Positions 33,783-43,072 of a stretch of DNA of 64,000 nucleotides are shown piece by piece. Within the stretch, counting starts at the first letter, position 1. Each line of letters opens with the position of its first letter. The stretch lies in the IMG/VR virus record IMGVR_UViG_3300025131_000005. One strand, given 5' to 3'. The DNA is from a virus. The notes under the pieces are model-generated. The model searched no databases, was not told the origin of the DNA, and saw only the letters and a program-made list of their open reading frames with translations. The position numbers were made by a program, and so were the translations under genes.

Positions 33783-34340
33783 CTATTTTCGAACATTTAT
33801 GCGATCGGAGACCATTAAAATTTCGGGGTATTTATCTCCCAAAAGTGCCACAATATCGACATTTTGTTGAGAATCATCTAAAAATAACACATCATCAGCC
33901 CCTGATTTGATGCGATCTTCGATCCAATTGGCTTTTTCTTGTGGATTTGGGTCCTCTAGTCCCACAATTTTTATTTTTGAGGTATCAATACCAATACTTT
34001 TCAACCAGCCTCTGATTGCCGGTGCTGCTTTTTGTGATCTAGCAGTCAAAATAACGATTTCTCGTTCTCCTTCTGCCTCAACAGCGCCTCGTAAGCGCTT
34101 TACAACCGATTTTATCTGCACAGGGTTGATAACTTCATCAAATTGGCTAAAATCATATTCATTTTCATACGGTTTGTACTCATGATCGGCAAATTCTTCT
34201 GGAGTAAACTCTTCTGAGGTATTGTCCGGATAAACAACTACTACTTTCGAATCAGAGACAGCTAATGTATCATCAAAATCAAAAACACGAAGCTTTGATT
34301 CATTTATATACTCTCGCCAATTTTCAAATAGAAGTTTCAT
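33783..34340 (-). CDS. HAD phosphatase with MKLLFENWREY leader
   Basis: VFDFDDTL, LTAR and FLDDSQQN motifs. Confidence 0.85.
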   Translation of the reverse strand: MKLLFENWREYINESKLRVFDFDDTLAVSDSKVVVVYPDNTSEEFTPEEFADHEYKPYENEYDFSQFDEVINPVQIKSVVKRLRGAVEAEGEREIVILTARSQKAAPAIRGWLKSIGIDTSKIKIVGLEDPNPQEKANWIEDRIKSGADDVLFLDDSQQNVDIVALLGDKYPEILMVSDRINVRK

Positions 34341-34543
34341 TCCTCATCTTCCGTAGTTTTAAACGTCTTACATTCACAAATAGTTCTACCATCATCAGTT
34401 CTTGCGTAGTCTAAATCGATATTTTCAGCGTAACAGAACTTGTTTTTGTTAAAAATGCAATCTACGCACAAACAAGAGCAAGTCACTTGCGGTAATTCTT
34501 CTTCAGAAATTAAATCTCGCCATTTTTCAAGTAATAGTTTCAT
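34337..34543 (-). CDS. Cys-rich (DUF1540-like) protein with MKLLLEKWR leader
   Basis: CSCLCVDCIFNKNKFCYAENIDL...CEC. Confidence 0.65.
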   Translation of the reverse strand: MKLLLEKWRDLISEEELPQVTCSCLCVDCIFNKNKFCYAENIDLDYARTDDGRTICECKTFKTTEDEE

Positions 34544-34545
34544 CT

Positions 34546-34914
34546 TTAAGCCTCCAAAGGTGTTAAATATACTGGGAATTCTTTTATTCCTAGCTTTTTA
34601 GCTGCTTCTAATCGATGGTGACCATTTAGAACAAAATAAACTGGTTCTGATATACCTGATTTCGCCGCTTTTGGCTGATCATCGATTCTGTGTGGGTTAA
34701 CTGGCGCTTGATTACAAACTTCTAGAGGCTCTAGAATTCCTTGTTGTATTTGTTGCATTTTATCTTGAACAATGTTTTCGCACTCTTGACTTGGACAATC
34801 ATGATCTTTTCCATGGCCCATTTCCTCAGAAGGAACTAATAAATTAACGTCGACATAAAAAACTTTCTTATTTTCTTTCACATACTCTCGCCAATTTTCA
34901 AATAGGAGTTTCAT
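34546..34914 (-). CDS. ParB/Srx-like domain protein with MKLLFENWREY leader
   Basis: VLNGHHRLEAAKKLG...PV. Confidence 0.75.
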   Translation of the reverse strand: MKLLFENWREYVKENKKVFYVDVNLLVPSEEMGHGKDHDCPSQECENIVQDKMQQIQQGILEPLEVCNQAPVNPHRIDDQPKAAKSGISEPVYFVLNGHHRLEAAKKLGIKEFPVYLTPLEA

Positions 34915-35177
34915 TCCTCTTCCGCCGAAGGGAATAATACATTCAACATTTCATCGATTTCGTTAAATGCTTCAAATTGTTCTGGGGGCCAATCGTCGGC
35001 GGATCCATATACTTCTTTCATACGTTCACTAATGAATTTTTCGATATCGTTTGCTATTACCCCATTTTTTATTAAAAACATTCTATGGGATTTCTTTTCC
35101 TCCGCGCTTTTCCACGGACCTCGAACAACATCCCCTTCTTTTAGGCGTTTTCGCCATTTTTCAAGTAATAGTTTCAT
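34911..35177 (-). CDS. Hypothetical protein with MKLLLEKWR leader
   Basis: Shared leader. Confidence 0.7.
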   Translation of the reverse strand: MKLLLEKWRKRLKEGDVVRGPWKSAEEKKSHRMFLIKNGVIANDIEKFISERMKEVYGSADDWPPEQFEAFNEIDEMLNVLFPSAEEE

Positions 35178-35187
35178 TTTATATTTC

Positions 35188-36246
35188 CTATCGAGGTAAG
35201 CCACCTAATAATGTAATTGCGATTAAGCCTGGTGCCCCCGGCTTTACATAAACACCAGAAAATAACGTTTCTGTGCGCCCACCAACATAAGAAATAGCAG
35301 CATCTAAATGTTGGCTGATGGCTGGATCGTTTGCCATTTCCGGAGGCATCACCAAGAGCATTGCTCCAATTTTTGATTTACCAACAGTTGTGGGACATGG
35401 AGATCTTTTTACACAATTTTGAAGTATTTTTGCTCCAAGATCTGGAATATTGGGATCTTTAATCAGTGTCGTGCCAATAAGCATTCTCTTTTCTGCCTCC
35501 AGGCATCTTTCTAGATCTTTTGAGTCAAATGACTGAATTGAGGACTTTTCTGAAGCCAATTTAAGAGTTTGGCTGAACAACTTTGCAAAAGCAGTATTTG
35601 CTGTTGGAAGCATATTAACCAATCCTACTTTACCTCGAAGAAACTTGATTTGTCTCTCATTATCTAAGATAATATGGGGAGAATCCATAACATCATTTGC
35701 CAATACCATAGCATTTTTTGCTATAGTGCCGTTTAATAGCTCCTGAGCGTTCGGGAAGGTCATAATGTAGAATACCTTGCCTTCTGCCCCAACTGCTCTT
35801 AAATAGCGCTTAAACACGTCGTCTAGGGCAAAACATGCACTACCCGTGCCTCCACCCCCGCCTGCGAGGACAAAAAGCCAATCAACCTTACCAAGTTTTG
35901 TTCTGAGGGCATCTTCGACAACAGCGCTGTTCTGGCTGAAGGCACTTTTCCCAACTTCAACGTTTTTGGCAACTCCGTCAGCGTCTGGAATAAGAACCAT
36001 GTTTTTAGGATCAACATTTTCCGGTTGATCTTTGGGAGTTGTATTGATCAGAAGAGTTTTGTTAAAGCCGAGATCCAAAAATGCTTTGGCCAATTTGCCG
36101 CCTCCTCCACCAACACCAATAAAAGCGCAATTTAGGGCGCACTCCACAGTATTGTCTTCTAACATATCTTCATTTTTGATTTCTTCAGAATCATCGTAAT
36201 GATCTACAAAATCAAAATCATCAAATTCATTTTCATCGTTATTCAT
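35188..36246 (-). CDS. Tubulin/FtsZ-family GTPase (PhuZ/TubZ-like)
   Basis: FIGVGGGGGK, INT, GVAKN, signature GGGTGSA, and D(S)KDL T7-like loop. Confidence 0.88.
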   Translation of the reverse strand: MNNDENEFDDFDFVDHYDDSEEIKNEDMLEDNTVECALNCAFIGVGGGGGKLAKAFLDLGFNKTLLINTTPKDQPENVDPKNMVLIPDADGVAKNVEVGKSAFSQNSAVVEDALRTKLGKVDWLFVLAGGGGGTGSACFALDDVFKRYLRAVGAEGKVFYIMTFPNAQELLNGTIAKNAMVLANDVMDSPHIILDNERQIKFLRGKVGLVNMLPTANTAFAKLFSQTLKLASEKSSIQSFDSKDLERCLEAEKRMLIGTTLIKDPNIPDLGAKILQNCVKRSPCPTTVGKSKIGAMLLVMPPEMANDPAISQHLDAAISYVGGRTETLFSGVYVKPGAPGLIAITLLGGLPR

Positions 36247-36526
36247 CTTTATCTCCTTTTGTTGATGTATATTTTTTAAGAGGGTCGCGGGCGGTGTTTC
36301 TTACAAGCGCATCAAAATCCTTCTTTAGTTGTTCAAGATCCGGATTATACGTTTGTTTATAAACTTTTTTACGCGGATTCTTTGCTCGTTTAGTCTGCAA
36401 GACTAGTTTTTTCATTGTCGATTTATTGGGATACTCTTTTTCTTCAGCTGCTTCCTGCATGATAGCATAGGTATTCTTAATTTCTTCTTCAATAATCTCT
36501 TTCAATTTTTGTTTTGTAATCTTCAT
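36239..36526 (-). CDS. Protein with MKITKQKLKEIIEEE leader
   Basis: ATGA coupling; shared leader. Confidence 0.7.
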   Translation of the reverse strand: MKITKQKLKEIIEEEIKNTYAIMQEAAEEKEYPNKSTMKKLVLQTKRAKNPRKKVYKQTYNPDLEQLKKDFDALVRNTARDPLKKYTSTKGDKDE

Positions 36527-38772
36527 TTGAACATATTTCCCCATTTCGTAAATAATTTTAGATTTTCTTTAGATTCTGACATCAAATCGGATAATTCTTC
36601 TACATCTTTCATATCTTTTCTTATTTGAGGAACAATCACTTTTTGTATTTTGTTATTAACTAGACCTTCGAGAAGCTCGCGAGTATACTCTAAAAACTTT
36701 GGTTTGTCGAGGATTTTTATAAATCTTTCAATAGCATTTACTTCTTCTTCAGTATTTTCCCTTACTTGAATATCTAGAGCGTAGCCAAAAGTTAAATGAT
36801 CGGATATCTTATGGGGAAACGCCGGTCCGCCGCCTTTGGGCATCGATCCACCTTTATCTGTTGTTAGCCACAAAGTTACATTGTTTACAGGTACTTGGAC
36901 GCCTTCTTCTTCTGAAAGGGGGAGTTCCATTTGTTTAGTGGCTGCTTGATATACTTTTTCAAATACTCCTTGGAGGTGTTTAAGGAATTCATTTTTTATT
37001 TCAAGGTTTATATGTTTGCCGATCTGTATCATTATCTTATTATAAAATGCTTTTTCTTCGTCAGTGGGGGCGCTTTTTGATGCATCGATGATTTCTGGTG
37101 GGAGCAAGATCTGAATGGGTAGTTGCGTGCTTAACTCAACCTCTGTACCTTCTGGTGTAACCTCAAAATGATCTAGCTCTAAGTCCTCAAAGCGTTTTGA
37201 CATATCTTTGATGGTTTGCCCCACTATCAAACCTGATTCTCTGAATGCTTCTAAAATTTCTTCGTATATTGCTTCGTATTTTTCTTCTAGTGTAACATTT
37301 TCCTCAACAAAGGAACGGAACTCATCCATTGTTGATCCACCGTAAGTGTAAGTGTCGGAAGGAGTAAAGTTAGCGGACACCTCAACTGAACCTCTCCAAT
37401 CGTTAACATCAAGTTCCTCTGGATAAAAATAGTTGTTGTCTAATGCTTTCTCAATGATATCTTTCATATCATCAGTATCTGGATCTTCTACCATATCGTC
37501 AACATCAGAAAAATCAAATGATGTTGAGGAGTTAAAATAATATTTACCCTCATCATATTCGTCGACATTGATGTGAACGCGTGACCATTCATATTCATCT
37601 ATAATATTTTGGAATTCTTCTAGGGTGGGACCGGCTGGATTTTCTTCAAAGTGACCTCCAGCGTATCCCGTTATTTCGCTCAACTCTTCCGATACTTTTT
37701 CATCAAACGTTTCGATAGCGATCTGTATTTGCTGTTCTGGGCTCAAATCTTCATCGGGCTCAGCCTCAATACCCAATGCTTCAAAGGCAACTTTTACATC
37801 TCTGGGAATTTCTAAGGTGTCTTGATTGTAGAACTCAGTACGCCATGTATCAAAATGAGTTTGAAGTTGCTCCTTTCCTGTTTTAAAGTAGCTAGTCTTT
37901 TTATCGCCTTTAAGTTTTTTGCCGACATCAGCAAGACTGGAATCCATAAATCCTTTCGCCAACAGGTTCTCTTTGATTGCTTCTTCTAAACCACCGTATC
38001 CAACTTCATCATCTGCAGCATCATATATTTCTTCTGGTTCATAATCACTTCCTGGACCGTATACCAAAGCCATTTTTTTATTATCGCTATCTTGCGGGAG
38101 ATGCTTGAAGAGGGCCATATAAAAAGCTTTTCCTTCGCCTGAGTACTGGTTAAAGTAATTTTGTGAGGTTGTAGACGAGATACACCACTTCGTGCCTCTG
38201 CCGTAATAACAAGAGCCTTCTGGGCTATAGGGGCGTACCATCATAACATCATCAGTATCCATTACTACTTCGCTGGTTTCTTTTGCGCCCTTTTCTAATT
38301 TGCGCATCGTTTCTCTTTCATTAAATTCTTTTTCTGCATTATATACTTGATGCTCGAAGTCGCCCAAATCTTTAAACTTATCAATATTTTTATCAATCAA
38401 GTTCATAGAAGCAAATTTGTGATACTTGGGTAAGGTGCTTGCTATTCTTCTCGTATAGTGTCTTATATTATCTTCTATATCGCGGACATCTACCTCTCTA
38501 TCATACTCTTTAGCCTCGCCCTCTGCATTTTTTATATACTGCATCACTCTGGAGTTGAGGCGACGAGCAGCCCATCCTAAATATTTTTGATTGCCCGAGG
38601 GATCAGCTTCTATGATAGTATCAAGAAGTTTTTCCAATTCTTTTGCAACCTGCTCGTATTTAACATTTTTTACAACGGCTTTTTTAGCGTCTTCTTTACG
38701 ACCTTCAATGAGAAGCACTTCCTCATCTTCGGATAAAAACTTGCGCCATCTTTCAAATAATAGCTTACTCAT
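36523..38772 (-). CDS. Large acidic protein with MSKLLFERWRKFL leader
   Basis: Leader; internal SCYYGRGTKWCIS motif. Confidence 0.8.
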   Translation of the reverse strand: MSKLLFERWRKFLSEDEEVLLIEGRKEDAKKAVVKNVKYEQVAKELEKLLDTIIEADPSGNQKYLGWAARRLNSRVMQYIKNAEGEAKEYDREVDVRDIEDNIRHYTRRIASTLPKYHKFASMNLIDKNIDKFKDLGDFEHQVYNAEKEFNERETMRKLEKGAKETSEVVMDTDDVMMVRPYSPEGSCYYGRGTKWCISSTTSQNYFNQYSGEGKAFYMALFKHLPQDSDNKKMALVYGPGSDYEPEEIYDAADDEVGYGGLEEAIKENLLAKGFMDSSLADVGKKLKGDKKTSYFKTGKEQLQTHFDTWRTEFYNQDTLEIPRDVKVAFEALGIEAEPDEDLSPEQQIQIAIETFDEKVSEELSEITGYAGGHFEENPAGPTLEEFQNIIDEYEWSRVHINVDEYDEGKYYFNSSTSFDFSDVDDMVEDPDTDDMKDIIEKALDNNYFYPEELDVNDWRGSVEVSANFTPSDTYTYGGSTMDEFRSFVEENVTLEEKYEAIYEEILEAFRESGLIVGQTIKDMSKRFEDLELDHFEVTPEGTEVELSTQLPIQILLPPEIIDASKSAPTDEEKAFYNKIMIQIGKHINLEIKNEFLKHLQGVFEKVYQAATKQMELPLSEEEGVQVPVNNVTLWLTTDKGGSMPKGGGPAFPHKISDHLTFGYALDIQVRENTEEEVNAIERFIKILDKPKFLEYTRELLEGLVNNKIQKVIVPQIRKDMKDVEELSDLMSESKENLKLFTKWGNMFK

Positions 38773-38821
38773 ACAAAACTCCAATTGGAATGAAACGATT
38801 AATCATCATAAATAGTAAGAT

Positions 38822-39442
38822 TTAAAGAGAAAATACCCTTATCATGCCTTTTGTTACATCAATCATTCTAGTGTGAGCCGGCGTCCATCCGTGATATTTA
38901 GGACCTTCGTGGTCTGGGTCTCCATGTCCTTGGCGAGTTTGTGCACGAATAGCTAAATGAACCAGTTCGTGGATAAATGCTGTCTCTGATATTTCTTCCT
39001 TTTCTCCCTTATAAACCCATATTGTTGTCGGACCCATAACACGACCAATAATATTGTGGTTTGTAAATTTCTTACCGTCGAGAAAGAAACCTCGCTTCGA
39101 AACTTTAACCTTTTCGCCCCATTCGATCATAACTTTACGGAGAAGTTCTTTTACAGAATAATCATAGTCACCAAAATTCTCCACCCAATTATAATAAAAT
39201 AATGTCATAGCAAGAGACACTCTATGATTAGGATATATATCACATCGGGTTACAATCTGTGTGGCATATTTAAAATAAGGTATCATTATCATTTGAGGAA
39301 AGGGCTTACTAGAATCACACTGTGATAAAATCTTTCGCACCTTTTCAAAGGTAGCATTAGTAGAGGGGGGCATATTAACTCCATGACCCGAACAAGTTAG
39401 AGTGATTAACGATAAAAACAACACTATCAACACCTTTCTCAC
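38822..39442 (-). CDS. Putative zinc-metallopeptidase lipoprotein
   Basis: Signal peptide with Cys; FIHELVH...H motif. Confidence 0.65.
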   Translation of the reverse strand: MRKVLIVLFLSLITLTCSGHGVNMPPSTNATFEKVRKILSQCDSSKPFPQMIMIPYFKYATQIVTRCDIYPNHRVSLAMTLFYYNWVENFGDYDYSVKELLRKVMIEWGEKVKVSKRGFFLDGKKFTNHNIIGRVMGPTTIWVYKGEKEEISETAFIHELVHLAIRAQTRQGHGDPDHEGPKYHGWTPAHTRMIDVTKGMIRVFSL

Positions 39443-39459
39443 CTTGTTTCTTCTCCCAC

Positions 39460-41475
39460 CTATTTGCAAATCTCATTAAATATTTCCATTAAATTGTTAT
39501 ACATATCAGTCGGATTGCTAGTGAGCATATAATTCTTTCCATTTCCTGCATCCGATAAATCGGTCCATGATTGTATTGTATTTTTTGAAAACGTGTATAG
39601 TTTAAGTTGGGGGGTGCCGCCAATTGCGGTGATAACATCTTGCTCAGTTAACTGAGGCACTAAGTAACTCTGAGGGGGTTCATCACTAAAAACGATTACA
39701 ATACGATCAGCTCCTGCGCGCCAACTAACTTTAAAATCTTGTAAAGGAGGTATTGATTCTTTAACTCCCCATGGTTGAGTACTGTATACTCCGCTTTCTC
39801 CTTTCCATACCATATCACTAATATTATAGTTAATAGTGGCGCTAATATTACGAAGCGATAAGTATACAGCGTCTAGAATCATCTCATAAGAAGTTTGCAT
39901 CGCTGCCCAATTGGTACCTAACTGTCCCATAGAAGTAAGGAATTCAGTAAACCCGACCAGATTTTGGTGCAATTCTAAACGTTCATCTTGAGATCCGAAT
40001 GTTTCGAAAACATCCAATGGTCCACGAATTAAAGCCCAATTAATAACTTCTTCATCGCTAAAATTAGCAGCAAATTGATTTAACGCTATCATAACGGCGT
40101 CGATTTCATCAGCCATTGAACCGGACCAATCTACAATGAAAAGAATATCTGTATCGGGTATTTCTTCACCCCAATCCGTTTCACCGTCACAATCATCGTC
40201 TAGACCGTTGCAAAGTTCTTCTTGAGGAGTTACTTCTTCTTTACAATAATAAGGAATAAAAGCGCCTTCTTCAGAATCATTACCCCAAATACCTTTATCA
40301 CAATACATTTCTCCAGGTTTGCATTCTCCGGCGTATAAGGTCCCTTCGGGTCCTGTATAACATCCAGAAAACAAATCTTCATCAATTAGTTGATTGCAGT
40401 TATCATCAAAATTATTACACTCTTCCTTTTCTAGTTCCATTCCTATGAGCGGATCACATACAGTTTGAGGATTCGGGGGGAAATGATGACAAATAGCATA
40501 GCAGGGAGTTGTTATAATTGTTTTGCATTCAGGATCTAAACATTCGCAAGTTTTATATCCTTGACCACATAGGAGAGGCGATTCTTGACATGGAAATAGA
40601 GATCCTACATCTTGTATAGTACAAATACATTCAAGACCTTCGTCGACTTGTCCATTGCAGTTATTATCTAGTCCATCGCAAATTTCATCTAATTCTGGTG
40701 GGGCCGTACAAGATATCCAATTACCACTTTCACATATTTCTACCCCATTTCCACAAGCAGTAGCACATGGTTGAAAAAGCTCTTCATCTGTTAATCCATC
40801 GCAATCATCATCATAAGCGTTGCACTCTTCTGAGGGGATGGTTCCGCATTCATTACAATCATTTAATTGTTCTTCATCTGTAAATCCATCGCAGTCATCA
40901 TCAAGTTCGTTACAGGTTTCTTCTGGGATTTCTTCACAATCATTACAAGCATTTAAAACACCTTCATCTATTTCACCATCGCAGTCATTGTCAATATAAT
41001 CGCAAGTTTCTTCTACACAATCTGTAATACAATCTGTATATTGAATTTTTCCTTTATTACAAACTTTTTCTACAACGCCAGCGTATCCATCATCAGTTGT
41101 GCATTCTAAAAAGTCAATATGATATTGTGATGGGTCACATTCCATATATTCTTCACATTCACCTTCGGAATGCAATGTGGGGGGATTATCACACATGTTT
41201 AAACAAATTTCTTTTTGCCATATAGCATCTAGAGGTGGACAAAAATACCATTTGCACTCGACACATTCTTCAAGAGGAGGAGAAATATCTTCTTCTACCC
41301 ATGGAGTCCAACGTACTGCATCATCAGAAAAAATATCTTCTTGTTCGGTGTAGGTATTTTCGTCAGAAAAAAAAGATCCATCGCTGCCGGAGGTATTAGA
41401 ACAATTAACAGCCGATGCGCCGATAAAAATTATCAACAGTGTCAGTCGCGTGATTGTTTTAATATTGTTTTTCAT
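39460..41475 (-). CDS. Exported Cys-rich MopE-like repeat protein with C-terminal VWA domain
   Basis: Signal/lipobox AVNC; six ExCxxxD(D/N)xCxGxxDE-type repeats; MIDAS DWSGS; IVIVFSDE. Confidence 0.85.
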   Translation of the reverse strand: MKNNIKTITRLTLLIIFIGASAVNCSNTSGSDGSFFSDENTYTEQEDIFSDDAVRWTPWVEEDISPPLEECVECKWYFCPPLDAIWQKEICLNMCDNPPTLHSEGECEEYMECDPSQYHIDFLECTTDDGYAGVVEKVCNKGKIQYTDCITDCVEETCDYIDNDCDGEIDEGVLNACNDCEEIPEETCNELDDDCDGFTDEEQLNDCNECGTIPSEECNAYDDDCDGLTDEELFQPCATACGNGVEICESGNWISCTAPPELDEICDGLDNNCNGQVDEGLECICTIQDVGSLFPCQESPLLCGQGYKTCECLDPECKTIITTPCYAICHHFPPNPQTVCDPLIGMELEKEECNNFDDNCNQLIDEDLFSGCYTGPEGTLYAGECKPGEMYCDKGIWGNDSEEGAFIPYYCKEEVTPQEELCNGLDDDCDGETDWGEEIPDTDILFIVDWSGSMADEIDAVMIALNQFAANFSDEEVINWALIRGPLDVFETFGSQDERLELHQNLVGFTEFLTSMGQLGTNWAAMQTSYEMILDAVYLSLRNISATINYNISDMVWKGESGVYSTQPWGVKESIPPLQDFKVSWRAGADRIVIVFSDEPPQSYLVPQLTEQDVITAIGGTPQLKLYTFSKNTIQSWTDLSDAGNGKNYMLTSNPTDMYNNLMEIFNEICK

Positions 41476-41553
41476 TCTTGTTTATTAAAGAAAGTTCCCA
41501 CAATATAACTAGTTAAAAACCTACACTATATATATTATAATATTTAACTGTCA

Positions 41554-41844
41554 TTGGAGTACAAAACTACTTATTATATTATGAGCACAAAAAGATGTGA
41601 TTTGTCAAGGAAAAACATGTGTTACTTGACTTTTATTCTCTCAATCGTATTTTTTATTACGTCGATGGTGTTTTTTGTTTCTGTTGGTGGTGTTGCCTCG
41701 AAAGAAAAACTCATTAATCATGATAAAATTCATCATGCGCAGCAACGAAAAATAATTGATAAACTCAAGCTTCTTGAAAATAAAGTTCATAAAAATAAAA
41801 ATAAATTAAATAGATTAAAGAAAAGAAGAAAGGATAATAATTGA
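41554..41844 (+). CDS. TM plus coiled-coil protein
   Basis: One TM segment, basic C-terminus; start uncertain. Confidence 0.55.
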   Translation: MEYKTTYYIMSTKRCDLSRKNMCYLTFILSIVFFITSMVFFVSVGGVASKEKLINHDKIHHAQQRKIIDKLKLLENKVHKNKNKLNRLKKRRKDNN

Positions 41845-42089
41845 TGTCGACCGGTGAAGCCAAAATATCTCTTAGCAGTTTAAGAGATTATATTTTATTA
41901 GGCGTTGCTATAGTGAGCGCCATTGCTGGGATTATTTTTTGGGTGCAGGGCTCTAATGATGAAAAAATATCCAGATTGGAACACGATATTGAATTAGTCC
42001 AATTGGATATCGATAAAATAAGAGAAAATAATACCGAAATACTAAGAGTTATAGGACGTCTTGAAGGCAAGCTGGATAATTTAAAATGA
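41844..42089 (+). CDS. TM plus coiled-coil protein (holin-like architecture)
   Basis: N-terminal TM segment followed by a heptad coil. Confidence 0.55.
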   Translation: MSTGEAKISLSSLRDYILLGVAIVSAIAGIIFWVQGSNDEKISRLEHDIELVQLDIDKIRENNTEILRVIGRLEGKLDNLK

Positions 42090-43072
42090 TTAAAAATCTT
42101 TGGGAAGAATATGTCCGAGAAAACGAGATTGATTTACAATCTTTAATACCAAAGGATAATTTACAACCAAGTTTTTGGAATAATAAATTAGAACTTAAAA
42201 AATCTATAGCTGATAAATTAATGGAAATTGCTAAAGATTTTCTTGAATCTATTAATTTAGATACGGAAATCGAACTTAAAGATGTAACCATAACAGGCTC
42301 AATAGCTAGCTATAATTGGTCAAAATATTCTGATGTAGATCTTCATTTAATAATTGATTATAAAGATGTAGATGAAAATGAAGATTTGGTAAAAGAATAT
42401 TTTTCTGGAAAGATATTTGTGTGGAATACTAAACATGAAATCATGATGAACGATCATGAAGTCGAAGTATACGTACAAAATGAATCAGAGACGCATGTTT
42501 CTGGCGGCGTCTATTCAGTGATGCATAATAAATGGTTACAAAAACCAAAGAAGGAAGATGTTATAATAAATCTTGCAGTGGTAGAAAAAAAAGTACTTGG
42601 ATTAATCGATCATATCGAAAGATCTTTTGATTTATTTGAGCAAAAAAAATATCATCCCGCAATGGTTACTGCCAAAAGTATAAAAGAAAAAATTAAACTC
42701 TTAAGACGCTCTGGGTTATCTAAAGAAGGCATATATTCAATTGAAAATCTAGCTTTTAAGTTACTTCGAAGATCAGGGCATTTAAAACTTATTAATGATA
42801 TTATCACTAAGTCATATGATAGAGTTATGTCTTTACATAAAGATTTGCGAGGATCTTTGAAAGTTTTTATTGGAAGTACTGAGTCTGAGGCTAATGAATC
42901 TTATGATGCTCTTTTAGAAGAAGAAGGATATCAACGTCGGGTAAAACAGAGACATTATCTTATGAAAAAGAAATTAATTGGTCTTGGAGGAGAGAAAAAT
43001 ACCTCCCCTTATGTAAAGAAACCTAGTTATAAGAGATCAAAATCTGCTCCTGCTGGATTGGGGGGAAGTTAA
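42086..43072 (+). CDS. Pol-beta superfamily nucleotidyltransferase
   Basis: TITGSIASYNWSKYSDVDLHL (GS-x10-DxD) plus EVEVYVQ; leader-like NLWEEYVRE. Confidence 0.8.
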   Translation: MIKNLWEEYVRENEIDLQSLIPKDNLQPSFWNNKLELKKSIADKLMEIAKDFLESINLDTEIELKDVTITGSIASYNWSKYSDVDLHLIIDYKDVDENEDLVKEYFSGKIFVWNTKHEIMMNDHEVEVYVQNESETHVSGGVYSVMHNKWLQKPKKEDVIINLAVVEKKVLGLIDHIERSFDLFEQKKYHPAMVTAKSIKEKIKLLRRSGLSKEGIYSIENLAFKLLRRSGHLKLINDIITKSYDRVMSLHKDLRGSLKVFIGSTESEANESYDALLEEEGYQRRVKQRHYLMKKKLIGLGGEKNTSPYVKKPSYKRSKSAPAGLGGS

